Assembly: GCF_001194135.2 (NCBI RefSeq)
Contig: NC_068986.1
Span: forward strand, 35,651,372-35,715,371
Length of the DNA: 64,000 nt
Source: Octopus bimaculoides
Taxonomy: Eukaryota
Direction of reading: 5' to 3'
Made by a program: the position numbers and the translations under genes. Numbering within the stretch: the stretch's first letter is position 1; each line of letters begins with the position of its first letter. Shown piece by piece: positions 26,624 to 40,500 of the stretch. The notes under the pieces were generated by a model. The model ran no database searches. It saw only the letters and a list, made by a program, of their open reading frames with translations, and was not told where the DNA came from.

Positions 26624-29523
26624 NNNNNNNNNNNNNNNNNNNNNNNNNNNNNNNNNNNNNNNNNNNNNNNNNNNNNNNNNNNNNNNNNNNNNNNNNNNNN
26701 NNNNNNNNNNNNNNNNNNNNNNNNNNNNNNNNNNNNNNNNNNNNNNNNNNNNNNNNNNNNNNNNNNNNNNNNNNNNNNNNNNNNNNNNNNNNNNNNNNNN
26801 NNNNNNNNNNNNNNNNNNNNNNNNNNNNNNNNNNNNNNNNNNNNNNNNNNNNNNNNNNNNNNNNNNNNNNNNNNNNNNNNNNNNNNNNNNNNNNNNNNNN
26901 NNNNNNNNNNNNNNNNNNNNNNNNNNNNNNNNNNNNNNNNNNNNNNNNNNNNNNNNNNNNNNNNNNNNNNNNNNNNNNNNNNNNNNNTATATATATATAT
27001 ATATAGTATATGTGTGTGTGTGTGTGTGTGTGAGTGTGTGTGCGCGTGCGTGCGTGCTTGAGCGTGTGTAGGGATTTCTTGCCTGACTTAAGCAATCTAA
27101 CTAGATGTGTATTTCAATTTTGCCCTCTTCATTACTGCACCCGAAGCATGGATTGTTGTTGTTGTTCTTATCATTATTATTATTATTATGAATTCCTTTT
27201 CATATTCTGTGATGTCCTTCCCAAGAGATCACGACCACTGGTTAGTTAATGTCAAATATAACGGAGGGTAATGCGTATTTCTCTACAAGATATTGAAGCC
27301 TGAAGACATCAGTTACATGAACACACACACACAGTGGCACACGTCTTTACGTCTATCAACAAAGACATACATATGAGCGGAATCCAGAGCAGCTACATCT
27401 CATTCACCTTGCAAAAAATAGCAGCCAAATTTCCCTCAAACATTCTTTCAAAATACATAACAACAGTGGATGACGTAAACCATAAATGAACTGTTTGCAA
27501 ACAAGTCGTGATGTTCACGGAAGGACACGATTTGATCATAGGTCTGCTTTAAATAACCAAGTCGACTCGAACTACGTACTCACATACGGAATATGATTAT
27601 TATAAAACAGATATACATATTCGTGTGATTGTGGAAAATACAGTGGTATAAACGATTTCCACATACGCTTGTATTATTTTGTTTTAGCAGATCTATGATC
27701 GTTCGTTGTGTCCAACCATTAAATGTGAGACACCCTCGCTTGTGTGACAGTGATGCTTATTCAAACTATCGCATTGTATCATGATACAGAGGGACAAATA
27801 CTCATGCACACAACTTTGGTCGACCCAGACTCTGATCCTAAGAAAGGAACACATTGGATAATGTAGTCCCTTAAAATAAAGGAATTTGTTAAAGCTGGAG
27901 TCCCTTTGAACACAAGTTTTCCTAATCGATGTCCATTTAAAACTAATCAACTACAACAGATGTGAGATACAGAGATACATCTTCCCATGGTACCTATTTG
28001 TTCTTTTTTTTGGGGGGGGGGTAATTTTAATTGTTGTTGTTGTTGGCACTCCGTCGCTTACGACGTCGAGGGTTCCAGTTGATCCGATCAACGGAATGGC
28101 CTGCTCGTGAAATGAACGTGCAAGTGGCTGAGCAATCCACAGACACGTGTACCCTTAACGTAGTTCTCGGGTATATTCAGCGTGACACAGTGTGACAAGG
28201 CTGACCCTTTGAATTACAGGCACAACAGAAACAGGAAGTAAGTGTGAGAGAAAGTTGTGGTGGAAGAGTACAGCAGGGTTCGCCACCACCATCCCCTGCC
28301 GGAGCCTCGTGGAGCTTTAGGTGCTTTCGCTCAATAAACACTCACAACGCCCGGTCTGGGAATCGAAACCGCGACCCTATGACCCCGAGTCCACTGCCCT
28401 AACCACTGGGCCATTGCGCCTCCACGGTAATTTTAATTAGAGCACAGACAATTAAGTAGGATGGCTATAAGACAGTCGATAAGGGAAATTTGGTTGCTAT
28501 TAGTTGTAGTAGATATTTAATCTCTGTCGCTGTGATAAAAGAAAGATTTGGCTGCTCTTTGTAGTAGGTCGAGAAGCTACGTAAATTTGCCACAAACACG
28601 ATATGTATTGCTAAATCTTAGTCTAACTGACTAGCCAACACGTCAACGACTCGGCCACTCGCAACATTTTTTACTGCAGGAAATGGTGGCACTATAATTG
28701 ACATTAGCCTGAAGTGCCGAACTTAAATCCTGTCACAGGTCACGGAAGAAGTCGATCGCAAAAACCTTCCTATATAATTTTCATAAAATTCGTCTATGAA
28801 GACAAAATATTCACTGGTACCACACAAATACAATGACCAGTAAGGTCAACAGATAATCATATCCGCAGTGGCATGTCAATCCAAAATATATAAGATATGA
28901 CGAATTTCCAGCTGGAATAATTAAAGGTCAAGTTCTTTCTTCCGCGTTTTTATTATATATTTTCATAAATATGATTTGGCTTTTTTTTTCCTCTGGCAAA
29001 TATTCAGGCAGCATAATGTCACCATCTGTACAACTACTGCAGTTTGGTAACTTTCCAAATATCTGTCAGTAAAACGTAGCCAAAATATGTAGTCACCAAC
29101 CTCTAGCAGTGCATTGACTTCTGGTTGTTGTTGTTGTCAGCCTTTGGTAATTTCCATTGCCAAAAGAGTAAATGGGAAAAATAAATTTCTCATGTATGTT
29201 ACCTTGTTAGAATTTGCTAAATCCACCACTACACAAAGAGAGAAACAGATAGGAGTGTGTGTGTACTATATCTATACACAAACTGAGAAACAACATTAGG
29301 ATATGTGTGTAATGTATGTATATATACTTTTATTTTTTTTACTTGTTTCAGTCATTTGACTGGCTATGCTGGAGCACCGCCTTTTAGTCGAAGACATCGA
29401 CCCCTAGACTTATTTGTAAGCTTGGTGCTTATTCTATCGATCTCTTCTGCCGAACTGCTTGCTTACGGGGACGTAAACACACCAACATCGGTTGTCAAAG
29501 CGATGGTGGAGGGGACAAACACG

Positions 29524-29568
<45 letters not shown>

Positions 29569-32519
29569 GAGAAGCAAAACAGGTTACGTTGAATCTACCT
29601 GAGAATTACTTTAAGGTACGCGTGTCTGTGGAGTGCTCAGCCTTACGAATATTAATTTCACGAGCAGGTTGATCGAATCAAGTGGACAACTCCTCATCGT
29701 AACCGACGGAGTTCCAGAGCGTGTACTTTGTATAGGTAGATGTTATTAGTCAACTTTTCTTTCACTTTGGTTACACGTGTATAATACCTTAAATATAAAC
29801 ACTATTTCGCATCATTTTCCACATAACAACTGATCACTCATGAATATTTTGCTATAAATACCAGGTTTCATACATCAAAAACCAGATACGTGAAAAGCTT
29901 AATGGTAACAGTGTAATTTCATCGCCACAATAAATATTGCACTCAATTTCAGTACTGAGTACTTTATCCTCATGAAGGTAAGCTCTCACACACGCACAAA
30001 CGATCGAACACAAATGCACACATACGCATATATCATATACCAGGTGGTGCTCCTTTAAGATCATGAGCTTGTTGACGAAAACAGCTAGCATCCATCCTTC
30101 CATCCACACACATATGTTTACTTATCCAGTATTTTAGTCATTAGACTGCGGCCAATCTGGGGCACTACCTTTATGGGAATTAATCGATCATTTCAATCCG
30201 AGTGCTTATTTTCATTTGGTTTATGTTTTGTTGATAATCATTTATCAAACCTGTATATTCTATAGCTAAGTTATAGGATATCCAGAGACAACATGGAGAT
30301 AGAAGTAGACACATACAAGCACATATAAGATCAATGGAACGACTAACAAGAAAACATTAGGCAAATGGCTGGGGTTTTGTAACTTACCTTTGTGTCTAGG
30401 GTGCATTAGTGGCATGGAGATTATATTCAAGGCCTCGAATCCAGTCACTTCCGCTCCGTTAACACCAGGGATTTCACTAAGTGGGATATAAGCTTCTCCT
30501 CCAATGTCGTTTTGGAACATGAAGTCATGGTCCATCACAATAAACTGGATGGCTGCACCTCTGTGTTTGCACTGTTCTGGGCTCACTGGACTGTAAAAAA
30601 AAAAAAGACAAAATATTTAAACAAAGTCAAACTTTCGCTTGCGACAAAAGCAGCCCCACTTAACGGAGAAGCTCCATAACTTTCACCATTCTACACCAAT
30701 GGTAAAAAAGAAATCAGAGCTCATCTCAACTTGTCAGCATATGTTAAAATTTCGGGTGATCAATTTCAAAACAGAATCACATCCTGACTTCATTGAAAAA
30801 GGCTTTCATCGTACGACCAGTCAAAAGCGCTCACTACTTAAAATAATATTGAATACCTTTTTTTTATTATTTATTTTATACATGCTGTAGTACTGTTTAC
30901 TGTAAAATTGATTCTACAACTTTAGAGATGAAGAAATCCGTTTTTGTTTACACACATACACACTGAATTTGATTTACCGATTCTGCCAAAATACCTTCGT
31001 AGGTATATCAATCACTCACTTTAATTCAGTCATATCCATTTGACTGTATAAATCAGTTCATGCTGCCGTTTGGCTTCGAGTCAGCTTTAATCGAACAAAT
31101 CTATGATCGAAGGCAATCCAGCCGTAACCACTTTGTCGTTTTAGGTATAACGTGAGTACAAATTTACGTCATCATATTGTGCTTATACCTTTTAGACGTT
31201 AAATTTTTGGAGTAAGTTTGTATGACCACAAAGAAGCTTACTCTTTGGTTAATTAATTAATTTACTTCTCTAAGAGGTGGTTAAGTGGTTAATGTTAGGC
31301 CCATTATCAACATCAGTGGTTCTCAACGTATTTGTTTTGCTCATGGCTCATGGCTCTGTTTTAATCTTCAATTAAGTCCACACTGACTGTTGGAATGTTT
31401 GGTAATTGCATGTACATTATGTAAAGCTAGATGTTTGTACATGAGCATTAGCAATAAAATTATATAAAAGTATGAAACTACAAATGCACGGTAGAAGCAT
31501 ATGCTAACAATTGTGCAGTTATTTTCTTCTATCTTTCTTCTACTTGTTTCGTTCATTGTATTGTGGCCATGATGGGGCACCTCCTGGAAAGGTTTAGTAG
31601 AAAAATTGACTCCAGTATTTGCTTTTTTTAAAACTAGAACTTATTCTATTGGACCCTTTTGCCGAACTGTCATGTTACAGGACGTAAACGTACAAACACC
31701 GGCTGTCAAGTCAAGCGGTGATGGGAAGGACAAAACCATGCATGTGTGTGTGTGTGTAAGACGCATGGCTCAGTGCAAGACCGTGGTTTCGATTCCAAGA
31801 CAGTGCGCTGCGTTGTATTCTTGAGCAAAACACTTCATTTCTCGTTGCGCTGCGATCGTTTCATCATGACATGTTGCACGTCGTGCACCCGTGCAGGTAA
31901 TGTTGTTAGACCAAGGTGCCACGAAGTGGGTCTGAATCCAGAACCATGTGGTTGGGAAGCAAACTTCTTACGACACAGCCGTGACTGCGACTTTGTTTAC
32001 TGTATTGAGTACATCACCACTGTATGTATCTTAATTATTAGACAGATTTGTATAGCAGTTGACCAATGCAAAATACTTTGATATTTATTTAGTTAAATTT
32101 TCTGTCAACTAACCATACTAACTAGGTCACTTCAAAAGCTAGCGCACGAGCGCGCGCCTACCTTATGTTGTCAAGGCAGATCATGTGGAAGTTATGAAGA
32201 AATATCTTTGGAATGTGAAAATCAAATACACGCACACACACACACACACNNNNNNNNNNNNNNNNNNNNNNNNNNNNNNNNNNNNNNNNNNNNNNNNNNN
32301 NNNNNNNNNNNNNNNNNNNNNNNNNNNNNNNNNNNNNNNNNNNNNNNNNNNNNNNNNCACACACACACACACACACACCATTCACAACCTTATTAAAAAG
32401 GAAAAAAATGTCAGCACCACCATGAAAATATGCATTAAGTATATATAAAATGAAATAAAAACATATTTAATGAAATGAAAACGTTTAATACGTGTACACT
32501 CAACTTCCTTGATAATACA

Positions 32520-32553
<34 letters not shown>

Positions 32554-33952
32554 ATGTGCGAGTGTGTGTGGCGTGTACTTCGTAATGTGAAGCACAACCC
32601 TATGCAAATATATACTTTTTAATACGTCAACCCATATCTTAAGCAAGTTCTATCTTGACACCATCTTTAACACATTGCTACTAATGCCACCATTAATACT
32701 ATAAAAACTAGTGCTTTCCCAACCGTCTTCAGTATCACACTTAACCCCCAACGCACCTATTGCACACCACCACCACCACTGCCACAACAGTATACCAGCA
32801 ATATCACCACTACTACCACGAACATTTCTATCTCCAATATGTCGGCGCAGGGGTCGCTGTGTGGTTAGCATTTCGCTTCTCGACAACATGGTTACGGGTT
32901 CAATCCTACTGCGTAGAAACTTGGGCAAGTGTCGACCGCTATAGCTTCGAACCGATCAAAGCCTTGTGAGTGAATTTGGTAGACGGAAACTAAAGGAAGT
33001 TCGTCGTATGTGGGTCTATCTATCTATCTCAGCGGTTCTCATCCAAGGTCCATATGACCTTTGGGGTCCATATAAGATTTTGTTGTTAAAATATATCAAC
33101 AATAAACTGGTTATACTTCTATTAGTATACAAAATATTTTAAGAATGTTTTTTTTATTCAATTCCTTATCATATCTAATTCTAAAAATATACTATGAATT
33201 TTTAAACATCGAATGGCTTTGAGGGTCCGTCTGAATAAAATCGGAATGAAAGGGGTCAATAGGCAAAAAAAATAGTTGCGAAACACTGATCCATATATGT
33301 ATGTAGGGGGTCGTCGTGGTTGTACGGTAAGTATTTTGCTTTCCAGCCACATGGGAGTCACGATAAAAGTATACGTGTGCTAGTTCTACTCATGCGTTAG
33401 TTCCACGAACAGAAATTCAGTCGATCGAACCACCGAATGTTCATCGTCGAGGACGACGGAGAATCCGTCAAATTCTACCCACTCCTCATTCCTGTGTGCA
33501 ATATTGTCAGAACACAATAACTCTGTCGCCCCCCTCCTGTCACAATCTAAATTAGCCAGGTGACGAGCAGGGGAGAGCGGCGGATTGTGAACGTGTTGTG
33601 TGGGGACATTCTTCTTTAGCGGCTCACTACAATCAGAGCCACCCACTCAGTAAACGATTTTTTCTTATTCATTTAGAGAAGCGGTAATGGACGTATTCCA
33701 AAGACCTGTCACTTCACTTTTACTGCCATTTTATGTTGTGTACGTTTGTACGTATGTGTGAAGGAGAGAGAAATTGGTGGAGGAAGATAAATTTACTTCT
33801 ATCTCGTTTTATTACCCAGCCCCCCCTACCCAGTCAATTAGCAGTTGCTTTTAGAACATTACAAATGGACTTAGCCATATCTCCCATGCTTTACTTTTTC
33901 TTTTAAAGAAGTATCAATTATGAGCGTGAGGTATGGGAATACCTCGCAATGA

Positions 33953-34003
<51 letters not shown>

Positions 34004-37000
34004 GTAGAAAAATGTTATAAAAACAAAATAGAAACTACACGTGGAAATGTAAGGGGAAAGTAAGCAGAAAAATAAGCGAAAATGCACATTGAAAATCAAA
34101 AAATTAAAGGTTTTTTATGAAAAGTAACGATAGATATATACAATTAGATGAACTGAGGTAGGAATAAAGGTAATAAAAGTCATTATTGTGAGTTGTTAAA
34201 GAGATTCAAAAGCATACCGGTTTCGTAATATTTAATCATTGCTTTGAATGCACACCGAATACTGAACGGTGTCAGGTCTATTAGTCCCTTAGTAAAAATA
34301 TTATGTGTAAGGGAGGTAAATCTTGTTAGCAAGAGCCGAACTAAATAAACCTCTGTAGCTCAGACCCGAACTAAACTTTGTAATGAAAACAGCTGAATGC
34401 TCATCGTCGAAATAGACGGAGGATACATAATCTGTGTATGAACAATCACGTCTCAGTATATTCCCACTCCATCGGTTATTATTTTTCTTCTAATTATCTT
34501 TTTCGTTTTCTTTTTCCCTGCTTCCAGCGTTATTAGCGTGGACCCTTCCTCACCCACATACCCCGCTCCCACTAATTATATATCTCTCACCGTTTGATCC
34601 CTCAAAATCGTTCTCCATACTCTAACCAACCAATTAAGGGAGCCTCTATGTGATCGGTCGGCTTGCTAGAAATAGCAGCTAAATTTGCTTCAAATCAAAA
34701 AAGAAAGAAATAGGGATGGTCAAGTCTTGGATGTCTTTGGGCGCTGAACAAATGCCACACATCCAGACAGGCCACACTTGCCATTTTAGTCTGAATTATG
34801 AAGCTGGTGTTGCTATCGTTAACTTCGTTAGAAATTAAAAATAATAATAATAATAAAAAAAAAAACACCCCAAAATCTGGCTTATCTCTGCTTTTTCCTC
34901 TTATGGCGACCGGGGTGGTCTTTCGATTGGTCGCCAACACGGATCACCGCACAGTACTGCTCTTCCGACCGCCATCACCACATCATTACCACCGCCATCA
35001 TTTCCAAGCGTACCATAATCACCGTCTCTTAACACCGCCATCACCACCACCACCACCACCATCATCATCATCTTCAATACCACCAACACTACAATCATAC
35101 ATCATCATCATCAATATCATCATCGACGCCCTCACCACAGCCACGTTCATGATGATAATCATCATCATCATCAACATCGATGATGACTGCTTCCCTCTCA
35201 AAACTTATCTCTCATCCAACATATTTCCTGTTAAAATAAATATTTCTTTCTGTTACTCTCTCGTACAGCACATATTCTTTGCATCATTCCGCACCCTCTG
35301 TGTCATACATACACATGTTTTGTATGACACACACACTTTTGCATATCAAAGTCACACAACTGTTTTGCGCTTCTTTCTCTCTTTCACACAACGGACATTT
35401 ACTCACACACGAACTTATAACTACACTTTCATTTTCTCCCTTAAATTAGGACATTCTATTTTTGCTCTATACACAAGTTTAAGCATACACACTAATTCTA
35501 ACAAAGATACACACCAATTCTGTCTTATCTATACAACTCCACACACACAAACACGTCCATTGTCCTAATGAAGTGACAAACTATCACACGCATTCGCTGA
35601 CTCCTCTCTCTGTCCCGACACACTAATTGCATGGTAGCTTAAGCCCCATGTTACCATTATACTTAAATAGATTTACACACATAAAAGCAACAAGGGCTCA
35701 GACAAACACGGCCTCCGTAACGAACTGGGAGAGAAGTCACTGTAAAGGTTGTGAATGACAACGAAAGAACTCTGACGAAGTACGAAAATGAAACAAAAAA
35801 CGATTGACAGTTTAACCAGCAAGCTAATCGATCGATTGGATAGATATTCAACCAATTGACTAATAATAAAGGAGTGGAACTGAACCGCTGCGTGTTATCA
35901 ATTTTGCCGGCATGACACTTCCTTGCTTTACAATCAAACTGCTGCTTTCTCCATCATTATATGATTTGACTGGTTTTTCATATAGACGTTGCTTAGTCTC
36001 GGGTCAAGCACCAACCCAGTAGACTTTTGATCGAAGACGTTTCTGTTTTGACTACCTAGTCTTATTTTCAGAATATAGTGTGGCTTGGTGTCTCAGTGCC
36101 GTAATAGGTAATTAAATGTTTGACATCAAGATAAGCATCCTATGGTAAAACGCTGCCTCAAAATGTCCCATCGAACCCATGCTAGCATGGTAAGGCGGAC
36201 GTAAAAGTGATGATGTCATAGTGAATCTGAAAGAGAATGATCCGATATAACGTTTGATTTTTAAGGGTATTTTTGGTTGATTTGGTTTATATTTCTAGAA
36301 GTCGAAGAGACTACGTAGATACACCTTCATGTGCTTTAAAATTTCCTTTTTGTGACTTCAAATCCAGAGGGAACGGTGTCGATCTACAGATGGAGCCAAT
36401 GTTTATTTCTCGAAACCATTTTTGCTGTTCAGAATGTTAAATGATGGACTATTATTGTTTAATCATTAGATTAAACAATAACAGTCCACATAGATTTTGC
36501 AGATCTATGATCAAAGGAGTTCCGACCGTGACCACCTCGTCTTTATGTTTACATTGTCCAATGTGTCTTTGCTTTGGTTTTTTTTTTTTGAAGACGTTTG
36601 TAATTTGAGGGAGATTTCGCTTCTATTCCTAACAGTTTCAGTGATCATGTAACGGCTTCTTCGTTTGTTATCTTGTGGAATGGTTGTTTCACACCAGGTA
36701 AGTCCTGATCAAGTAAATTTATGATCAAAAGAGTGCTAGGCATGACTCTTTCCAACATTAACTAATCTACTATTATTTTTTGAAAGACGTTGAGCTGTAA
36801 TAGGAGAATTTGACTGTTGGGTCGTGCAAGTTGATTACCTTGTAAACTTACTCCAGCTTTAGTGATTTACCCTTTAAAATATACTATCGTACATTCTGCT
36901 ACAGCTGTATCCTTTCCAGTCAATTGCTGTTCTTATGCTTTCAATATATATGCTATCTTAATTTGGTTACCGTCTCTCTTTTCTGCCTGGCATCCTAACT

Positions 37001-37414
37001 GTACATATACAGAGAATACTCCCAAAAGCTGTATACAGTAATCCCTCACCATATCGCGGTTTACCTATCGCAGTTTGAAGATCGACCCAAACTGTGGGAA
37101 AACCTCGCTGAAGACAAATCTGCCAGGGAAGAGGCAAGGATACGTAGCTCAAGGGCTTTTGAAACTTTACGAATCACTTTAGCAGAGGCCGAAAGGGATG
37201 TTCGCAAACCAGACCAGAAGAAAAAAAAAATCTTGTATAAATGAACATGAGTATGATAAAAACTTGTCTATCAGAATAGACCTCGATCAGCCACAGCAGA
37301 ACACATTAACCGATTCTTTTGTTTTTCTTCCTACTTTCCTTCTCTTTTTGTCTATTTATTTAAAAGAGTTAATATTTTTTTGCAGCTAGGTCATCGCATA
37401 AAATGACAACGAAC

Positions 37415-37501
<87 letters not shown>

Positions 37502-40500
37502 CACTCACTCAATGAAACAAGAAATTTGACAGCGTTAAGTTAAACAGAAAACGCATTCACACCGAATAGAAATAGCTAATTGTGAAAGCAACACTCACAC
37601 GCGAAGTAAAAAATCTGTTGCATGGGAAATAACTCTAAAGGAATTAATTAAAGTTATCTCCCTTGTATTTCTTAAGCGCTTCGATTAGAATTTTATAACG
37701 GTTAAATCAACCCTCTAAAAATTAAACGAAAAAAGATTCCAACGTCTTAATTATTTTACTGAATTAAATCAAACAACGAGAGAACCACTATGTAGTCATC
37801 CAACTTCCTTGAAATAGCTCTCACATCTCTCATAAATTACACACTATCCAACAAATACTAATGGAAAATGTCAAGTTATACTAGCGTAAACAAATTTAAA
37901 AAATCCGGACCGTAGCAGCAAGAATCCTTTGGATTACAGGTCATGACAGCATAGGGATCAACAAACAAAGACTGAATAGCACTTAATACAATTAGTGTTC
38001 ATAATGTATGCCTGTGTCACTGCATGCTTTATGAGTTCGGTTTACAATCGCGTATTTCAAATTAGAGCATCGAATTAAAAAAAAAAATGCTTACGTGTGC
38101 AGGCGTGCGTGCGGATATGCATCACTGTGTATACGTATGGCGCGTATGCACGTATCACTTGTTTTCGTCAGTGGATTGCGGCCGTGCTGGTGCACTGTCT
38201 TGAAGGGCTTAGTCGAACAAATCGACCCAGTGCTCATTTTAAAGTCTGGTACCCATTCTATCTGTCTGTTTCGCCGAGCCACCAAAATAACCAACACCGG
38301 TTGCCAAGTAGTGACACAACACACACGCATACATAGTCACAGGATTTCTTTCAGTTTCCTATTTCTTTATTGCCCACAAGGGACTAAACATAGAGGGAAC
38401 AAACAAGGACGGACAAAGGGATTAAGTCGACTACATCGACCCCAGTGCGTAACTGGTACTTAATTCATCGACCCCGAAAGGATGAAAGGCAAAGTCGACC
38501 TCGGCGGAATTTGAACTCAGAACGTAGCGGCAGACGAAATACCGCTGAGCATTTCGCCCGGTGTGCTAACGATTCTGCCAGCTCGCCGCCTTATNNNNNN
38601 NNNNNNNNNNNNNNNNNNNNNNNNNNNNNNNNNNNTTTCTTTCAGTTTCCTATTTCTTTATTGCCCACAAGGGACTAAACATAGAGGGAACAAACAAGGA
38701 CGGACAAAGGGATTAAGTCGACTACATCGACCCCAGTGCGTAACTGGTACTTAATTCATCGACCCCGAAAGGATGAAAGGCAAAGTCGACCTCGGCGGAA
38801 TTTGAACTCAGAACGTAGCGGCAGACGAAATACCGCTGAGCATTTCGCCCGGTGTGCTAACGATTCTGCCAGCTCGCCGCCTTATATTAATGGTAAAATA
38901 ATAAAAATCAGTTTTTACTTACAATTCAAATAATTCGTCAAAAACCGGATTTAATGTTTTCTTGACGATCTGAGTCTTCTGAACTGTGATGTTGGGGAAA
39001 ATGTGCTCTGGGCTCAAATGGATCAGGATAAAGGGGTCACTAAATCCTGAAATGCAAAGAATGATAAAAATAACAGATATGTTTGTTTGTCATGAGGTAC
39101 AGGGCCAATAGTTTTGATTTTTTTTTGTTTTTGTTTGAAAAGGGAAATTTGGCTGCTATTTCTAGCTGAACGATAAATCACATTTGAACACTTTTTGATT
39201 TTTACTTGTTTCAGTCATTAGAGTGCGGCCATGCTGGGGCACTGCTTTGGTGAATTTTAGTCGAATCACTCGACCCCAATACTTATTTACTTTTTAAACC
39301 AGATACCTATTCTATCGGGGTCTGTTGCCGAACTGCTAAGTTATGGGGGACGTAAACACACTAACACCGTTGGTAAAGTGTTGCTTGGGGACACAGACAC
39401 AAAGACACACATACAGACTATATACTTGGTCATCCCATAAATAATGCGGTCTTTTTAATTGCATGAACTGAAAGTCGGAGGGGGACGGGATAAACTACCT
39501 GTATCAACTTGCTATAAAAGCAGGCAGTAATTTTAGCTTGCTTTTATTCTAAGTGCAAGTTTTGAAGAGTGCAGTTCGATTTTAACAGTTATTTTTTCAA
39601 AGCTATAATGGAAGTAACAAAGGAGCATATTCAGCATATTTTGCTTTATGAATGCAATAAAGGCAAAAATGCAATGGAAAGTGCAAGGAATATTAATGCA
39701 GTATATGAGGGTCGGACAATAAGCATAAGCCAGGGTCAACGGTGGTTCCAGAAATTCTGAGCCGGAAACTACAACCTAGAAGACGAGCCTCGCCCCGAAA
39801 GAGCTGTATAGCTCAATGAGGACGTCCTGCAAACCCCGGTGGAACAAAATCCCATCACAACTGTTGAGGAACTAGCAGAGAAGCTTGGATTTGGTCTTTC
39901 AACCATACATCGACACCTGCGTGCTATCGGAAAAGTCAGCAAATTGGGTCAATGGGTTCCTCACAAACTTTCCCAGCCTAATCGCGTGCAGAGAGTGAAT
40001 GTGTGCTCTTTTTTGCTGTCATTCTCACGAATGAACGTTTTTGGACTGAGTAGTAAGTGGTGAAGAGAAATGGGTTTTCTATAAAAGTGACAAGCGCCGA
40101 AGATAGTGGGGAGGGAAAGAAGAAACATCGGCTAAAGAAGGTCTTCACCAACGTAAGGTGTTGTTATCTGTTTGGTGGGATATGAAAAGTTTAGTCCACT
40201 TTGAACTTTTAAAACCAAAGCAAAGCAAACCAAACCAAACGATAATAAAGGAGATCTACTGCGAGCAGCCTGAGCGGCTTGAGTCAGCACTTGAAGAAAA
40301 ACAACCATCTTTGGTTTCAAGACGAAAGGTGTTCTTCATCCGGATAATGATCGGCCACATACAGCGAGGATGACATTCGAAAGGCTGGAGCAGTTTGAAT
40401 GGGAAACGATGCCCCACCCACCATATTCGCCAGACATTGGCCCATCTGATTATCATTTATTCTGCACTCTTCAAAATCATTTGAACGGAAAAGATATGAA

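Noticed and set aside
34798-35568. 256-aa ORF with poly-Pro/Ser/Ile, and similar ORFs at 20209-20732, 22778-23272 and 23416-24438
   Set aside because: Low-complexity (CAC)/(CAT)/(GGT) tracts or N-spanning frames; open because such repeats lack stops
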